A DNA stretch of 64,000 nucleotides from Eledone cirrhosa. Its lineage: Eukaryota. The notes beneath the pieces were generated by a model that saw nothing but the letters and a program-made list of their open reading frames with translations, was not told the DNA's origin and searched no databases. The stretch spans positions 7,378,001 through 7,442,000 of the forward strand of contig OZ024747.1 in NCBI GenBank assembly GCA_964016885.1, written 5' to 3'. Position 1 is the first letter of the stretch. Each line of letters begins with the position of its first letter. This document shows, one piece after another, positions 1 through 29,229 of this stretch. The position numbers and the translations under genes were made by a program.

Positions 1-359
1 ATATATATATATATATACACATCATCATCATCATCACTATTTAATATCCATTTTTCTATGGTAGCATGGGTTAGAGGAGTTGTCGCATTGTGAGACAAGC
101 CAGATCAGATGACCAGGTTCTGCTCATACAAAACTGATTTTGGCTTGGTTTCTATGGCTGAATGCCAACCACATTTATAGTGTGGACTAGGCGCTTTTTG
201 TCATGGCATCTACATGACCACATGTACAGTGTGGACTGGGCGCTTTTTGTCATGTCACCAACATGACCACTTTACAGTGGAAAGTTAAACAAAGCATTGG
301 AAGGACCCTTCAGTGGTGTCAAGGATACGACAGCCTCCCTAGTGTTGGTGTTTATCTAC

Positions 360-778
360 ATGATAAACACACCCAGTACATGCTGTAAAGTGGTTAGTGA
401 TAGGTAGGTCATCCAGCCATAGTATTCTTGCCAAACAAAATGGTCATGAGGAGCCTCAGTTGTGTCAAAGACATGACAACCTCTCTTGTGTACTCAGTAG
501 AGTATCGACCATACATAAAGCGGGACACAGAACCTTCGCATAAGTCCACACTGTAATGTGGTCGTGTAGGTAACATGCTAAAAAGCTCCCAGTCCACACT
601 GTAAATATGGTTGGTGTTAGGAAGGGCATCCAGCCGTAGAAAACTGCCAGATAGTCCTATACGAGCGAGACACAGTCACCCAACCAATCATGCCTCAAAT
701 GGGACAATTCCCGTCTAACCCATGCTAGCGTGGAAGATAGACGTTATATATATATGATGATGATGATGATGATGATAC
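360..778 (+). mobile_element. SINE 3' part with internal repeats and (TGA)n tail
   Basis: aggaagggcatccagccgtagaaa..ccgtctaacccatgctagc..acgtta + (TGA)n; inverted partner at 1332..1580. Confidence 0.7.
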
Positions 779-1331
779 ATACATATATACACATATACAT
801 ATATAGTTAAAGAAATGAGAACCCACACACAAGAATGCAATAACATAGTCTTATTAGTATCAGTTTTAGGAGAAAGTAGAGATTAGTTCAGTGTTTAAGT
901 AAATTGGGCATGGTAGACGAGTGGTCCAGCTTTCAGGAGTGGAGGTAGTCAGTCCAGATGTAGTTATGTGTGTGTCGATAGGGGGGATTGCATAGGCGCT
1001 CATTACTGCTTCTGTGTGTGTGTGTACATGTGCGTGTCTCGGAGTCTTTCTATTACTTTTTTGTAAGAGTGTGTGTATATGTCTATGTCGGTGTGTGTAT
1101 ATGTGTATTTCGACGCGTGTGTCTGTGACTTTTTTTTTTGGTTTGTATGTGCATGAGTGTGTACGTAGGTTTGTGTACATGTATATTTTCACATGTGTCA
1201 GAATTCTTTGGTGTTTTATGTGTGTGAGCATGTTTTGTGTGTATGTTTATGTATGGGCATGCTTGTGTGTGAGCGTGTGTATGTGAATATACACATATAT
1301 GTCCAAATGATATACACACACACACATATAT

Positions 1332-1580
1332 CATCATCATCATCGTTTAACGTCCGTTTTCCTCGCTAGCATGGGTTAGACGGGAATTGTCCCATTTGAG
1401 GCAAGATTGGTCGGGTGACCGTGTCTCGCTCGTATAGGACTATCTGGCTGGTTTTCTACGGCTGGATGCCCTTCCTAACACCAACCACATTTACAGTGTG
1501 GAACTGGGAACTTTTTACCGTGATACCTAAATGGCCACATTACAGCGGGGACTGTGTGTGTTTTTTGTCGTGACACCTAC
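1332..1580 (-). mobile_element. SINE 3' part, inverted copy of ~595..778
   Basis: About 160 bp closely matching the reverse complement of 595..750. Confidence 0.75.
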
Positions 1581-1999
1581 ACGATCTCGATCTCATTTTC
1601 TTGTGCTGTTGGTGGGAGTGGGAGGATAGGGTAGGGGTAGTAGATTGGGGTGTATATTTGGTTAAGAGGTGCCTACTGACATATGTATATGTGTGTGTGT
1701 ATATCATTTGGACATATATGTGTATATTCACATACACACGCTCAAACACAAGCATGCCCATACATATATATGTGTGTGTGTGTGTGTATCCTCCACCTTC
1801 TAAAGATACCTTTTCTTGCCAACGTCCTCTGGTCTACTTTCATACACATTCCTTAGAATTTGCGTTGTAGATTTCACCTTCTACGCTTGACCGGCTCTAC
1901 CCACTCCCCTATCGTTCTACAAGCAAGTTCAGCCATCCCCACCGTTATGGTGCGTTATGGTCCATCTGGTTCCTTACCACAACTCCTCCGTTATATATA

Positions 2000-2349
2000 T
2001 CATCATCATCATCATCATTATTTTACGTCCACTTTTCCCTGCTTGCAAGGGTGGGACGGGAACTGATTCTGGCTTGATTTCTACAGCTGGATGCCCTTCC
2101 TAACACCAACCTCATTTACAGTGAGTGCTGGGTGCTTTTTTTCCGTGTCACCTCCACGACCACTTTGCAGTGGAATGATAGGGACTGGGACCCCAGTCCC
2201 TATCATCTCATTTCTACAGCTGAGTAAACTGGAGCAATGTGAAATAAAGTGTCTTGCTCAAGGAAACAACACATTACTCAGTCTGAGAATTGAACTCACA
2301 ACCTTTCGATTGCAAGGCCAATGCTCTAACCACTAAGCCATGTGCCTCC

Positions 2350-2350
<1 letters not shown>
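2000..2350 (-). mobile_element. tRNA-derived CORE-type SINE (family A; OR-like)
   Basis: Reverse complement of 4903..5285: A/B boxes, ccttgagcaagacactt core, (TGA)n tail. Confidence 0.85.
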
Positions 2351-2380
<30 letters not shown>

Positions 2381-2787
2381 TACACATTCTAGGCTTTAGT
2401 TATTGTGTAAACCGTAAATGAACCTCTGTTAATTTCAACAATCAGTGTTCCAGTTGTTCAATCAATGAAATGACCAACTCATTAAATGCACATGCCTGAA
2501 TGTTCCACAGTCGCATGAACATTTAACATTCTTAATCCTTTAACATTTACATTACTCTATATGTACTATTATATTTTCATGGTAAAGGCTTTACCTCACA
2601 TAATTATCTCACATAACATTGAATCTCTCGAATATCAGAATTCTCTACCTCATTCTGTTGAAACTGGCTGTAACTGGTCGCTCATACTGATGTTAAGGTA
2701 TTGTTTTCAAAATAAATACTTTCAAAATCTCATAGATTCGATATTATGTGAGATAAAGCCTTTACCATTAAAATATTTATAAATTAA

Positions 2788-3490
2788 TTGTTTCTACTTT
2801 TGGCACAAGGCCAGCAATTACCCAGTGTATTACTAGTACTTTATTTTATCAACCCCTTAAGGATGAAAGGCAAAGTTAATCTCGGCGGGATTTGAACTCA
2901 AATCATAAAGGAAGGTAACTCTATGCTGCAAAGCATGGCGTCCGACCATCTACCGATACTGCCAATCCACCTGTGAATGCTAAAGGTTTAATGTTGATAA
3001 ACAGTTACTCTGACAAGAAAAATCCAATAAGTAACATATGGCATGGTATTCAGAGTAACATACAATGACTTTCAGAATAATATATGACCTTAATATTAGA
3101 TAAAAGGCAGAATCGGTAGAGGGTCGGACGCCATGCTTTCCAGCATACTTACGTCCCTTTACGATGTGAGTTCAAATCCCGCCGAGGTTGACTTTGCCTT
3201 TCATCCTTACGGGGTCGATAAAATAAAGTACCAGTAATGCGCTGGGTTATTGTTGGCCTTGTGCCTAAAGTAGAAACAAATATTAGATAAAAGGGCAGTG
3301 GATTGGCAACTTTCGTGGAATAAAGTTACAGCCCTTTATGTTCTGAGTTCAAATCCCACCGAGGTTAGCTTTGCCTTTCATCCTTATGGGGTTGATAAAA
3401 TAAAGTACCAGTAATGCACTGGGTTGATTTAATAGATTTTTCCCTCCCCTTCAAATTGCTGCCCTTGTGCCTAAAGTAGAAACAGTATTA
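2788..3490. mobile_element. Three SINE family B copies (Meta/MESC-like domain): minus 2788..2970, plus 3105..3280 and 3295..3490
   Basis: gttcaaatcccgccgaggtt-actttgcctttcatccttacggggtcgataaaataaagtaccagt..ggccttgtgcc..gtagaaac. Domain name is from recall, not a search. Confidence 0.8.
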
Positions 3491-3671
3491 GCTAATAGAA
3501 CAGCTTATTCTTTAGACATGCTTCAATAAAAAATATATATAAACAGATTAATTAGCATGTGGGTGGCTGGATTATAACTATTGGCTGTTCTACAGGTGTT
3601 ACGGTTTCTTATCAGTTATGACTGTATATAAGGCACATACCTATTAACAACCAATCCTTTTTATACATAAC

Positions 3672-17823
<14,152 letters not shown>

Positions 17824-18668
17824 CAACAGTTAGGGTCTCCGTAAAAAAAAAAAAAGAATTTACACACATTTAGGTTTCCCTGTTGCTTTCCTGTCCCACC
17901 TCACCCTACTATCACCACCACCGCCATCATCATCATCATCGTCATCACCACCACCACCACCACCACCAACAACAACACCAACAACAACAACAGATATTTA
18001 TAAAATAGCTTCTACAACTACAACAGCAGTACAACAAACTCAATTATTACTAAAGCTACTATTACTACAAAAAACATTGTTGAGTCCTCCAGCCCCACTG
18101 CAACTAAATGGTTGTCTGACTAAAATTGGAAATCTAGTCACTGGGGTTATTGAAGACAGGAGAAAGATTTGGTGTGGTTTAGCCATGGTGGACATGTATA
18201 TTGATGAATGTATATATTTGTGGGGGTATGTGCATGTAAATAGGTATATAAATATATTTATATATATTCATATATATGTATATGAGTATGTACATATATA
18301 TATATTAAGGCCAATTGCTATTATATATATATGAATATATTTATATGTATGCATATATTTTTACACATGCACATATATGTAAAAAACGTTACCAGGTAGA
18401 GTAGATATTAAATGATGATGATGTATATATATATATATATATATATAGTAGAATCCCAACTCTAGGTCCAGCTGTTTCCACAAGGCTAGTAAAACTTGTG
18501 GAAACAAGTTGAAATGGCTGGGTTTGTAGATGGGATCCTACTTCAATACACACCCACTCAGCATCTGATATATGCATTGAGTACTACTCTGATTTGTGGT
18601 ATTCCCGATGTTTGTACTGTAGGCACTTCATGTGTACATTTATATCTATATCTATCTCTCTCTTTCTT

Positions 18669-18699
<31 letters not shown>

Positions 18700-18702
<3 letters not shown>

Positions 18703-18894
18703 GTTAACGACAGAGAAAAAAAGAGTACTCAATACCAAAGTAGGGTTTTAATATTATTTTCTTAAGGTTAAACAGTGAGTCTTGTTACACTGGAGTTTCA
18801 CCTGTTTATCACAGGGTCATGAGACAAGTATGTGATGAACAGGCATAAACTCCAGAGTAACAAGATTCACTATTTAACTTTAAGAAAATGAATA
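18700..18894 (-). mobile_element. Penelope-like pLTR fragment with degenerate hammerhead (18781..18828) and a partial inverted copy
   Basis: Minus strand CUUGU-CUCAUGA-CCCUG(UGAUAAA)CAGGU-GAAAC-UCCAGU-GUA-ACAAG; GAGTACTCAATAC at 18723; flanked by (TA)n. Confidence 0.55.
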
Positions 18895-19463
18895 TATATA
18901 TATATATATATATTCATTTGTCGAGGATAATGATGTATATATATGTTTGTTTCATCATCATCATCATCATCATCATCAGTATTTAATGTCTGCTTTCCCT
19001 GCTAGCAAGGTTTAGTGTGTATATATATATGTGTATCTGAAATGAATGTATGTGTATATATATATATATATATATACCCATTTACATGTATATAGTGGCA
19101 TTTTAATGTGTGTATGTATCTATATCAGCACACATATTTAAATTGTATTTGGAAAAATATGTCTCTGAAATGTATGTGTCTATGTATATATATATAGATG
19201 CATATAGTGGGCTTTTAATGTGTGTATGTATGTATACACACTATTACGGTATTCATTATATGAGGTTTAATTATAATTTCTCTTTACTGCTTTATGGTTT
19301 TATATATTTATGTGTGTGTGAGAGTGTTTATATATATATATATATGTGTGTGTGTATATATATAATGTGTGGTTGCATATAATATATATGTTGTAGAAAT
19401 ATACATATATATACATATTCATTTAATACTTTTCTCTCTCATTTGTTTACTGAAATGTATATA

Positions 19464-19524
<61 letters not shown>

Positions 19525-21484
19525 AAGGCCTATTTCCTAGTTAGTTCAGTATATGTCGCATGCTGGTTTTTTTTCACATATTTTTGTGGAAAAATCTATG
19601 ACTTGATACACAAGAATATAGTTTGTGTGTGCCTTTGTACATGTGTATGTATATACATATGCGTATATATGTATATGATATATATGTATATATATATATA
19701 TTGAAATTGTTATTTTGAAAAGCTGCCACAATTCATATAATGACTATAAAATAGTCAAATAAGTTGGGTAAATTACCCTTGAAAAGGGAAAAAATTTTGA
19801 TAGAGACACCTGCAGGAATTAAACCAAGCATCTACCATATGCCGGATGACTGCGATAACTGTTATATCAAAACAGTCTGACAAAATTTTCACTACCGAAA
19901 AAGAAGTGTTAATAGTTGATTGGAACTAAACTGATAAGTTTTGGAGGAAATTAGACTGTTCAACTAATTTCTAAACATCCTCTGAATTGTAACAGCTTTT
20001 CATCATAATTACCATAAGGTTCCATGCTTGATATGTTACCAATTTACCAGCAATTGGTCTAACAGTAACAGTAGCTATTAGAAACTCCATCAGACAGATA
20101 GCTAAAGAAAGACGTTAGGTGAGTGTCTTCTACTTAAGCCTGGAGTTGACCAAAGCCTTGTAAGTAAAATTTGGTAGATGAAAAAGAGATGGAAACCTAT
20201 TGTTAACATCACCATTTGTATGTTGAATGCCTTTAGTAGAATCTACTGTTGCAGGTATTCAGGCCTGGTCTCTAGTTTGAGAATAACTTCCTCCTTTGCT
20301 TTTATCAGTCTCAGGGGCTTTGAAAAGCCATAATGTCTACTTTTCCATGGGTTGGATGGGGCTTTTTATGACAACCAGATGCCCTTTTTTACTTATTTAA
20401 AAAGAAATATTTTTCATATCCATTTTTAACATTGTAATGTAAGTTATATGATTCTTAATATTTCTACGTTTTCAGAATGAAGTGGAAGTGCAGTGGCTTG
20501 CTTCCTACTTATGATTTCTGTATAGAATATAGATCCACACTACTTTAGATTAGACAGCCATCTAAATATGAAATATATTTAGTTAAAACAATATTAGTTT
20601 ATGGCTAAAACTATTTTTATCGGAAAGTAAGGAAGACAACTCTGGACACTTTTATTTTAGTAAAGTAAACATATTTAATCATATATTTGTTAGCATAAAT
20701 TAACAGGAATATTGATGAAATAAATTCATATAGGATGCTTTCCATATTATAATAAAGCAGTTATGTTGGTCAGTCATAATTAATTATTAAATCCAGGCAG
20801 ATGATTAAAAAATGTATTATTTGATAACATATTATTTTCATTAGCATGTACGGGAGGCAGCTCTGACTTAACTAGATCCTGTATATCATTACATCTTTGA
20901 AAATTACTTTTTACATCCATCTGTAATATTCTGTCATAAATTAGAGGGTTTTTATAATCTAAACATTATATTTGTGTGTTTGTTCCTCTTTCTGGAAGTT
21001 TTTGACCAGCCAGAAAGTCGGAGTTCCTATTATTATCATTTTTCCCTTCTCTGTATAACCAAAGCTAATTCCAAGCCAGAGAAGGAGTCTCTATGCAGTT
21101 ACTTAACCGGCTAAAAACAGCAGCCAAATCTGTCACAAAGTCACATTTTACTCTCTTGGAATATAATGACATATTGAATAATATGGTCTTGGGTGTACTG
21201 TGTCCATAAAATGATGGAATGAATGTTCATAGGCCTGTTGGATCAGGACTGACCTGGGGATAAGCAACAACGAAGGCTAATTATCTCCCGTCTTTAAGTA
21301 TCTTATACTATCCTGTAATCCTCAACTCAAGTATTTTTCTTGATTTTGGAGAGTTTAATGTTTCTAATATACAGGGTGTTCCAAAAAATGTATACACACA
21401 TTGATTACCTGTACAGGCAATATTAATTAGAATGCACAACAGCCTTTCCCAAAAATAAAATGATCTACAGACATAATTTAAATA

Positions 21485-21676
21485 ATTGTTTCTACTTTTT
21501 TGGCACAAGGCCAGCAATTATCCCAGTGTATTACTGGTACTTTATTTTATCGACCCCGTAAGGATGAAAGGCAAAGTTAACCTCGGCGGGATTTGAACTC
21601 AGTCCGCAAAGGGACGTAACTGTGCTGCAAAGCATGGCGTCCGACCCTCTACCGATACTGCCAATTCACCGCCCTA
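21485..21676 (-). mobile_element. SINE family B, full length
   Basis: Reverse complement of the family B consensus from head (gggcggtgaattggcag) to tail (gtagaaacaatt). Confidence 0.82.
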
Positions 21677-22956
21677 TAATTTAAATAATGCATATAAAAC
21701 AGAATTTCTTTTAGTGCATTTTTTTTTTTATTTTGTTATCGCCTGTTTTCAAATTGATATCATTTCTGGTCCAGACATTGTTGACAGCGGGGGGCAATAG
21801 AATTACTAGCAGCAAGAAACATTTCATTATGTATTTGAGTGCATTCTCGTTCAATGGCAAATCTCAGTTCAGCGATTGTTGATATATTTGTAGCTTAAAC
21901 TTTATAAGAAGTCTAAAGGAATGTGGTCTGGTGAACGAGGAGAGTATTCTACAAAATTGGAAGTTTTCCAATCCACCTGTTTGGCAAGATCTCATTAAGG
22001 TAGGATCGTACATCATGATGGTAGTGTGGTGGCGCTCCTTCTTGCTGAAAATAAAATTCCTCATCTTCTAAGACATCTCTAATGCTTGCATGGCAGACTG
22101 TTGCAGCATGTTTAAGTAAGACCAGTCACTGTAGCATCAAAAAAGTAGGTGCAAGCATAACTGTGTGGTTAGGAAGCTTTGCAATTATGTGGTTCTAGCT
22201 TTGATCTTACTCTGCAACAGCTTGAGCAAGTGTCTTCTATGATAGACCCAGGCTAATCAATAATCTGTGAGTGGAATTTGGTAGAGAAAAACTATACAGA
22301 AGCCTATGTGTGTGTGTGTCCCTTTATGTCAAAGCACAACTTAAAACTTCAATAAAATAAGTACTGGAGTCGATATGATTGACTAGAACTCCATTGACTG
22401 AAACCAGTTCAAGAACAATGACATATGTCTGTCAAATTCTGTGTCTATTCTCGCAATGGTGGGTATGGAAGAAAAGAGAGAAGAGAAAATGTAAAGTTTT
22501 TAATGTATTCATTGTTGGAAATGAAATTATTTAAGCACTAAAATGTGTATAACTTATTAATATTTTAGTTTCCTTATGTCTCAAAGGTATCTCTTTTTGT
22601 AAAGAATGTCCAAATAACCCAGCAGTCAGGGTGAACACATTCCTCACCAGTACATACCAACATTAATTAGTTAAGTTGTCAACCCTATAAATTAGATTTG
22701 TTTAGGGTTGTTTGTCTTTAATCATCTGACAACACTACAGAACCTCTAAATTATTACATATCATTTCATGTATTAATTTCATATACCCTCACATATCATA
22801 GACCCCCAAGTATAGCTGTGTGATTAAGAAGTTCATTTTGCTACCATGTTCTTCATAGTTTGATTCCAATGTGTAATGCATTAGATAAGTGACTTAGGTT
22901 GATCAATGTCTTGTGATTGGAATGTATTTTGTAGAGGGGGAAATTGTGCAGAAGCC

Positions 22957-23135
22957 TATCATATATGTATGAGTATATCTTCCATCAATATATATCATAT
23001 ATGTATGAGTATATCTTCCATCAATATATATCATATATGTATGAGTATATCTTCCATCAATATATATCATATATGTATGAGTATATCTTCCATCAATATA
23101 TATCATATATGTATGAGTATATCTTCCATCAATAT
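22957..23135. repeat. 36-bp tandem repeat, 5 copies
   Basis: tatcatatatgtatgagtatatcttccatcaatata. Confidence 0.92.
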
Positions 23136-23340
23136 GTATCAGTGATGGATGTAAAGACTGATACTTTTTAACCATGTCCTTTGCACCAAGTTACAGAGAG
23201 TCTCTTATCTAAGTGAACCATTGGAAGTCTGTAACAAACTACTATTGTTCATTAATTGCAATATAAAGTTTTAAAAATCAATGTCTACACTCACACAAAG
23301 TCAAACTAATTGTTTTAATTAGGTTCCTTTGTTTCCAGAT

Positions 23341-23553
23341 TTAACCCTTTAGCATTTAAACTAGCCAGAATTCTCTCATCTCTTTCTGTTCAAACCAGTC
23401 GTAATAAGTATGAGCTGCTCGTACTTATGTTAAGGTATTGTTCTCAAAATAAATATCAAAATCTCATAGATTCAATATTATGTGAGGTAAAGCCTTTACC
23501 ACAAAAATAGAATAGTAAATATAAAGTAATGTAAATAAATGCTAAAGGGTTAA
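23341..23553. mobile_element. piggyBac-like MITE
   Basis: TTAACCCTTTAGCATTTA..TAAATGCTAAAGGGTTAA, perfect TIR. Confidence 0.8.
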
Positions 23554-23993
23554 ATTGTCACATATCAATACTCACACAAACAGATTATTTTTCTAAACTA
23601 TTACATATTTAAACATGATGATATGCTTTTCAAATTGTTACATCAAGCTCTCCTTCACATCACACACCTACACCTACATAGATATGTAATGTTTTTATAC
23701 AAAGAAGCATGTCTGGAGTCGGTTGACTGACCTAAACATAATGACAAATGTAGACACACACAAACATACACACCGTGTGTGTTATCATGTGTTTCACTTG
23801 AATAAATTTTTTAGACTTTTTGTATTGAGTCCTTGCCAGTTTTTGTCACTTGTTTTTTAAGGTTCCTTATAGGTACACATACAAGATTGCACACACACAG
23901 ACACACCTGTTATCTTCTGCACAGTTTCTATTTATCAAATTCCACTTGAAAGATTTCTTGAAATCAAACCATTGTGACTCATCTAAGACTTAT

Positions 23994-24069
23994 ATATATA
24001 TAGCCTAGATTATTATTTACAGACATGTATATATACATGTCTGTAAATAATAATCTAGGCTATATATAT
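23994..24069. repeat. Perfect 76-bp palindrome
   Basis: tagcctagattattatttacagacatgtata|tatacatgtctgtaaataataatctaggcta extended by TA. Confidence 0.92.
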
Positions 24070-24760
24070 GTATGTCTGTGTTTTAAATTCATTTTTTATG
24101 AGTATGATTTATATTTTTTCTTTCCAAATTAGGCTATTTCAAAATTCTGTGGCATATGTACACACATGTATTTAAATATCTATTATTTTTTGAGAGTTTT
24201 TAGGTTATAATAAATTTTGATAAATTGCCTAAGTACTACTGTTTATACAAATCAAACAATTCAGGTGAAACAGCTACAATTATAATTAAGTTGAGCTCAT
24301 CTCTGTGTTTCTTTGTGTCACACTTTATCGTTAAAAGATATGTATGTTGTATGATTTATTTTGATTTTTTTAAACATCTGTTTTCTTTTTTCTAAGATTT
24401 TTACATGTGTTATTCTGTGTTATTACAGCATAATCCAGCCATCCGGCTGAGGCCATACTTTTTTCTTTTTTTTCTTTTAAATTCTGGTCACTCAACTACA
24501 ACGTGGGAATAGTAACTATTTATCAGCTAAGATTATTCAAAACAAGCAGAGTAATATTTCCTTCTTTGCAAACTCTATGCAATGTCAATATATGACTGGA
24601 TCTGTTGTCTGGAGCTTTTAACCAATGTATTATGTCACTATGGAGAGAATAGGCGAGCTTGTCTACTTTCCTAACCTGAAGTCTTATCTTATCTTACTAA
24701 TCTATGACAGTTGCTTCCATAAAAAATCTCATCTTTCCTGGCAGGTGAATAATTTTTCCA

Positions 24761-25000
24761 AGACACAAACACATGCACACAGACACATGCACACAAACAC
24801 ATGCACACAGACACATGCACACAGACACATGCACACAGACACATGCACACAAACACATGCACACAGACACATGCACACATACACATACACACATACACAC
24901 ATGCACACAGACACATGCACACAGACACATGCACACGGACACATGCACACAGACACATGCACACAAACACAGACACACAGATACATGCACACAAACACAT
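24761..25000. repeat. 14-bp tandem repeat ACATGCACACAGAC
   Basis: About 16 copies. Confidence 0.9.
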
Positions 25001-25127
25001 AATCGTATTTGTACTTCTACATACAGACAACAGTTCTTTAGTGTGGTTCCAACCTTGTTGCATTTCCACAAAGGACTTTTGCATACATTTATACATACTT
25101 ATACTCCTCTATTGGAATTTTCTCGCA

Positions 25128-26215
25128 CATGTATATGTATATATGTATATGTATATATATGTATATGTATGTATATGTATATGTATATATATGTATATAT
25201 ATGTATGTATATGTATATGTATATATATGTATATATATGTATATATATATATATGTATGTATATGTATATGTATATATATGTATATATATGTATATGTAT
25301 ATATATGTATATGTATATATATGTATATATATGTATATATATATATGTATGTATATGTATATATATATATATGTATATATATGTATATATATGTATATGT
25401 ATATATATGTATATATATATATGTATGTATATGTATATATATATATGTATATATATGTATATATATGTATATATATGTATATATATGTATGTATGTATAT
25501 GTATATATATGTATGTATGTATATGTATATATATGTATATATATGTATATGTATATATATGTATATATATGTATATGTATATATATGTATGTATGTATAT
25601 GTATATATATGTATGTATGTATATGTATATATATGTATATATATGTATATGTATATATATGTATATATATGTATATGTATATATATGTATATATATGTAT
25701 ATGTATATATATGTATATGTATATATATATGTATATGTATATGTATATGTATATATATATGTATATATATATGTATATATTTGTATATGTATATATATGT
25801 ATGTATATGTATATATATGTATATATATGTATATGTATATATATGTATATGTATATATATGTATATATATGTATATGTATATATATGTATATGTATATAT
25901 ATGTATATATATGTATATGTATATATATGTATATGTATATATATGTATATGTATATATATATGTATATGTATATGTATATATATATGTATATATATATAT
26001 GTATATATTTGTATATGTATATATATGTATGTATATGTATATATATGTATATATATGTATATGTATATATATGTATATATATGTATATGTATATATATGT
26101 ATATATATGTATATGTATATATATGTATATATATGTATATATATGTATATGTATGTATATGTATATATATGTATATGTATATATATGTATATGTATGTAT
26201 GTATATGTATGTATA

Positions 26216-26246
<31 letters not shown>

Positions 26247-26305
26247 GCATATACATATATATGTGTATATATATATATATGTGTATATATATGTGTATAT
26301 ATATG

Positions 26306-26384
<79 letters not shown>

Positions 26385-27849
26385 GTATATATATATATGT
26401 GTATATATATATATATGTGTATATATATATATGTGTATATATATATGTGTATATATATATATATATATGTGTATATATATATATGTGTATATATATATAT
26501 ATGTGTGTATATATATATATGTGTATATATATATATGTGTATATATATATATGTGTATATATATATATGTGTATATATATATATATGTGTATATATATAT
26601 ATGTGTATATATATATATATGTGTATATATATATATGTGTATATATATATATGTGTATATATATATATGTGTATATATATATATATGTGTATATATATAT
26701 ATGTGTATATATATATATATGTGTATATATATATATATATATATGTGTATATATATATATATATATATGTGTATATATATATGTGTATATATATGTGTAT
26801 ATATATATGTGTATATATATATGAGTATGTATATATATATATGTGTATATATATATATGTGTATATATATATATGTTTATATATATATATATATGTTTAT
26901 ATATATATATATATATGTTTATATATATATCTTTATATATATATATATATGTTTATATATATATATATATGTTTATATATATATATATATGTTTATATAT
27001 ATATATATATGTTTATATATATATATATATCTTTATATATATATATATATGTTTATATATATATATATATATCTTTATATATATATATATATCTTTATAT
27101 ATATATATATATGTTTATATATATATATGTTTATATATATATATGTTTATATGTTTATATATGTTTATATGTTTATATATATATATATGTTTATATATAT
27201 ATATGTTTATATATATATATGTTTATATATATATATGTTTATATATATATATGTTTATATATATATATGTTTATATATATATATGTTTATATATATATAT
27301 GTTTATATATATATGTGTATATATATATATGTGTATATATATATATATGTGTATATATATGTGTATATATATATATGTGTATATATATATATGTGTATAT
27401 ATATATATGTGTATAGTGTATATATATATGTGTATATGTGTGTATATAGTGTATATATATGTACGTATGTATATATGTATGTATATGTATGTGTATATGT
27501 GTGTATATATGTGTATATATATGTACGTATGTATATATGTATGTATATGTATGTGTATATATATATATATGTATGTGTATATTTATATATATGTATGTGT
27601 ATATATATATATATGTATGTGTATATATATATATATGTATGTGTATATATATATATATGTATGTGTATATATATATGTATATATATATATATATATATGT
27701 ATGTGTATATATATATATGTGTATATTCCTAAACATACCCATCTTTCCATCTCCCTTTCCCTCTCTCTCTCTTTATATATTTATATATATTTATACATAT
27801 ATATATATTTATACATATTTATATATATATATATTTATATATATATATT

Positions 27850-27901
<52 letters not shown>

Positions 27902-28980
27902 TATATATATATATTTATATATATATATTTATATATATATATATTTATATATATATATTTATATATATATATTTATATATATATATATTTATATATATAT
28001 ATATATTATTTATATATATATATATTTATATTATTTATATATATATATATTTATATTATTTATATATATATATTATTTATATATATATATATATTATTTA
28101 TATATATATATATATATATTATTTATATATATATATATATTATTTATATATATATATATATATTATTTATATATATATATTATTTATATATATATATATA
28201 TATTATTTATATATATATATATATATTATTTATATATATATATATTATTTATATATATATATATATATATTATTTATATATATATATATATATTATTTAT
28301 ATATATATATATATATTATTTATATATATATATATTATTTATATATATATATATATATATTATTTATATATATATATATATATTATTTATATATATATAT
28401 ATATATATATTATTTATATATATATATATTATTTATATATATATATATTATTTATATATATATATATTATTTATATATATATATATATATTATTTATATA
28501 TATATATATATTATTTATATATATATATATTTATTTATATATATATATATTTATTTATATATATTTATTTATATATATATATAATATATATATTTATTTA
28601 TATATATATATATATATATTATTTATATATATATATTTATTTATATATATATATAATATATATATTTATTTATATATATATATATATATATTATTTATAT
28701 ATATATATATTATTTATTTATATATATATATATTTATTTATATATATATATATTTATTTATATATATATATATTTATTTATATATATATATATTTATTTA
28801 TATATATATATATTTATATATATATTTATTTATATATATATATATTTATATATATATATATTTATATATATATATATTTATTTATATATTTATATATTTA
28901 TTTATATATATATTTATTTATATATATATTTATATATATATATATATATATTTATATATTTATTTATATATATATATATT

Positions 28981-29015
<35 letters not shown>

Positions 29016-29018
29016 ATT

Positions 29019-29049
<31 letters not shown>

Positions 29050-29062
29050 ATATATATTTATA

Positions 29063-29107
<45 letters not shown>

Positions 29108-29196
29108 ATATATATTTATATATATATTTATTTATATATATATTTATATATATATTTATATATATATATATTTATATATATATTTATATATATATT

Positions 29197-29229
<33 letters not shown>

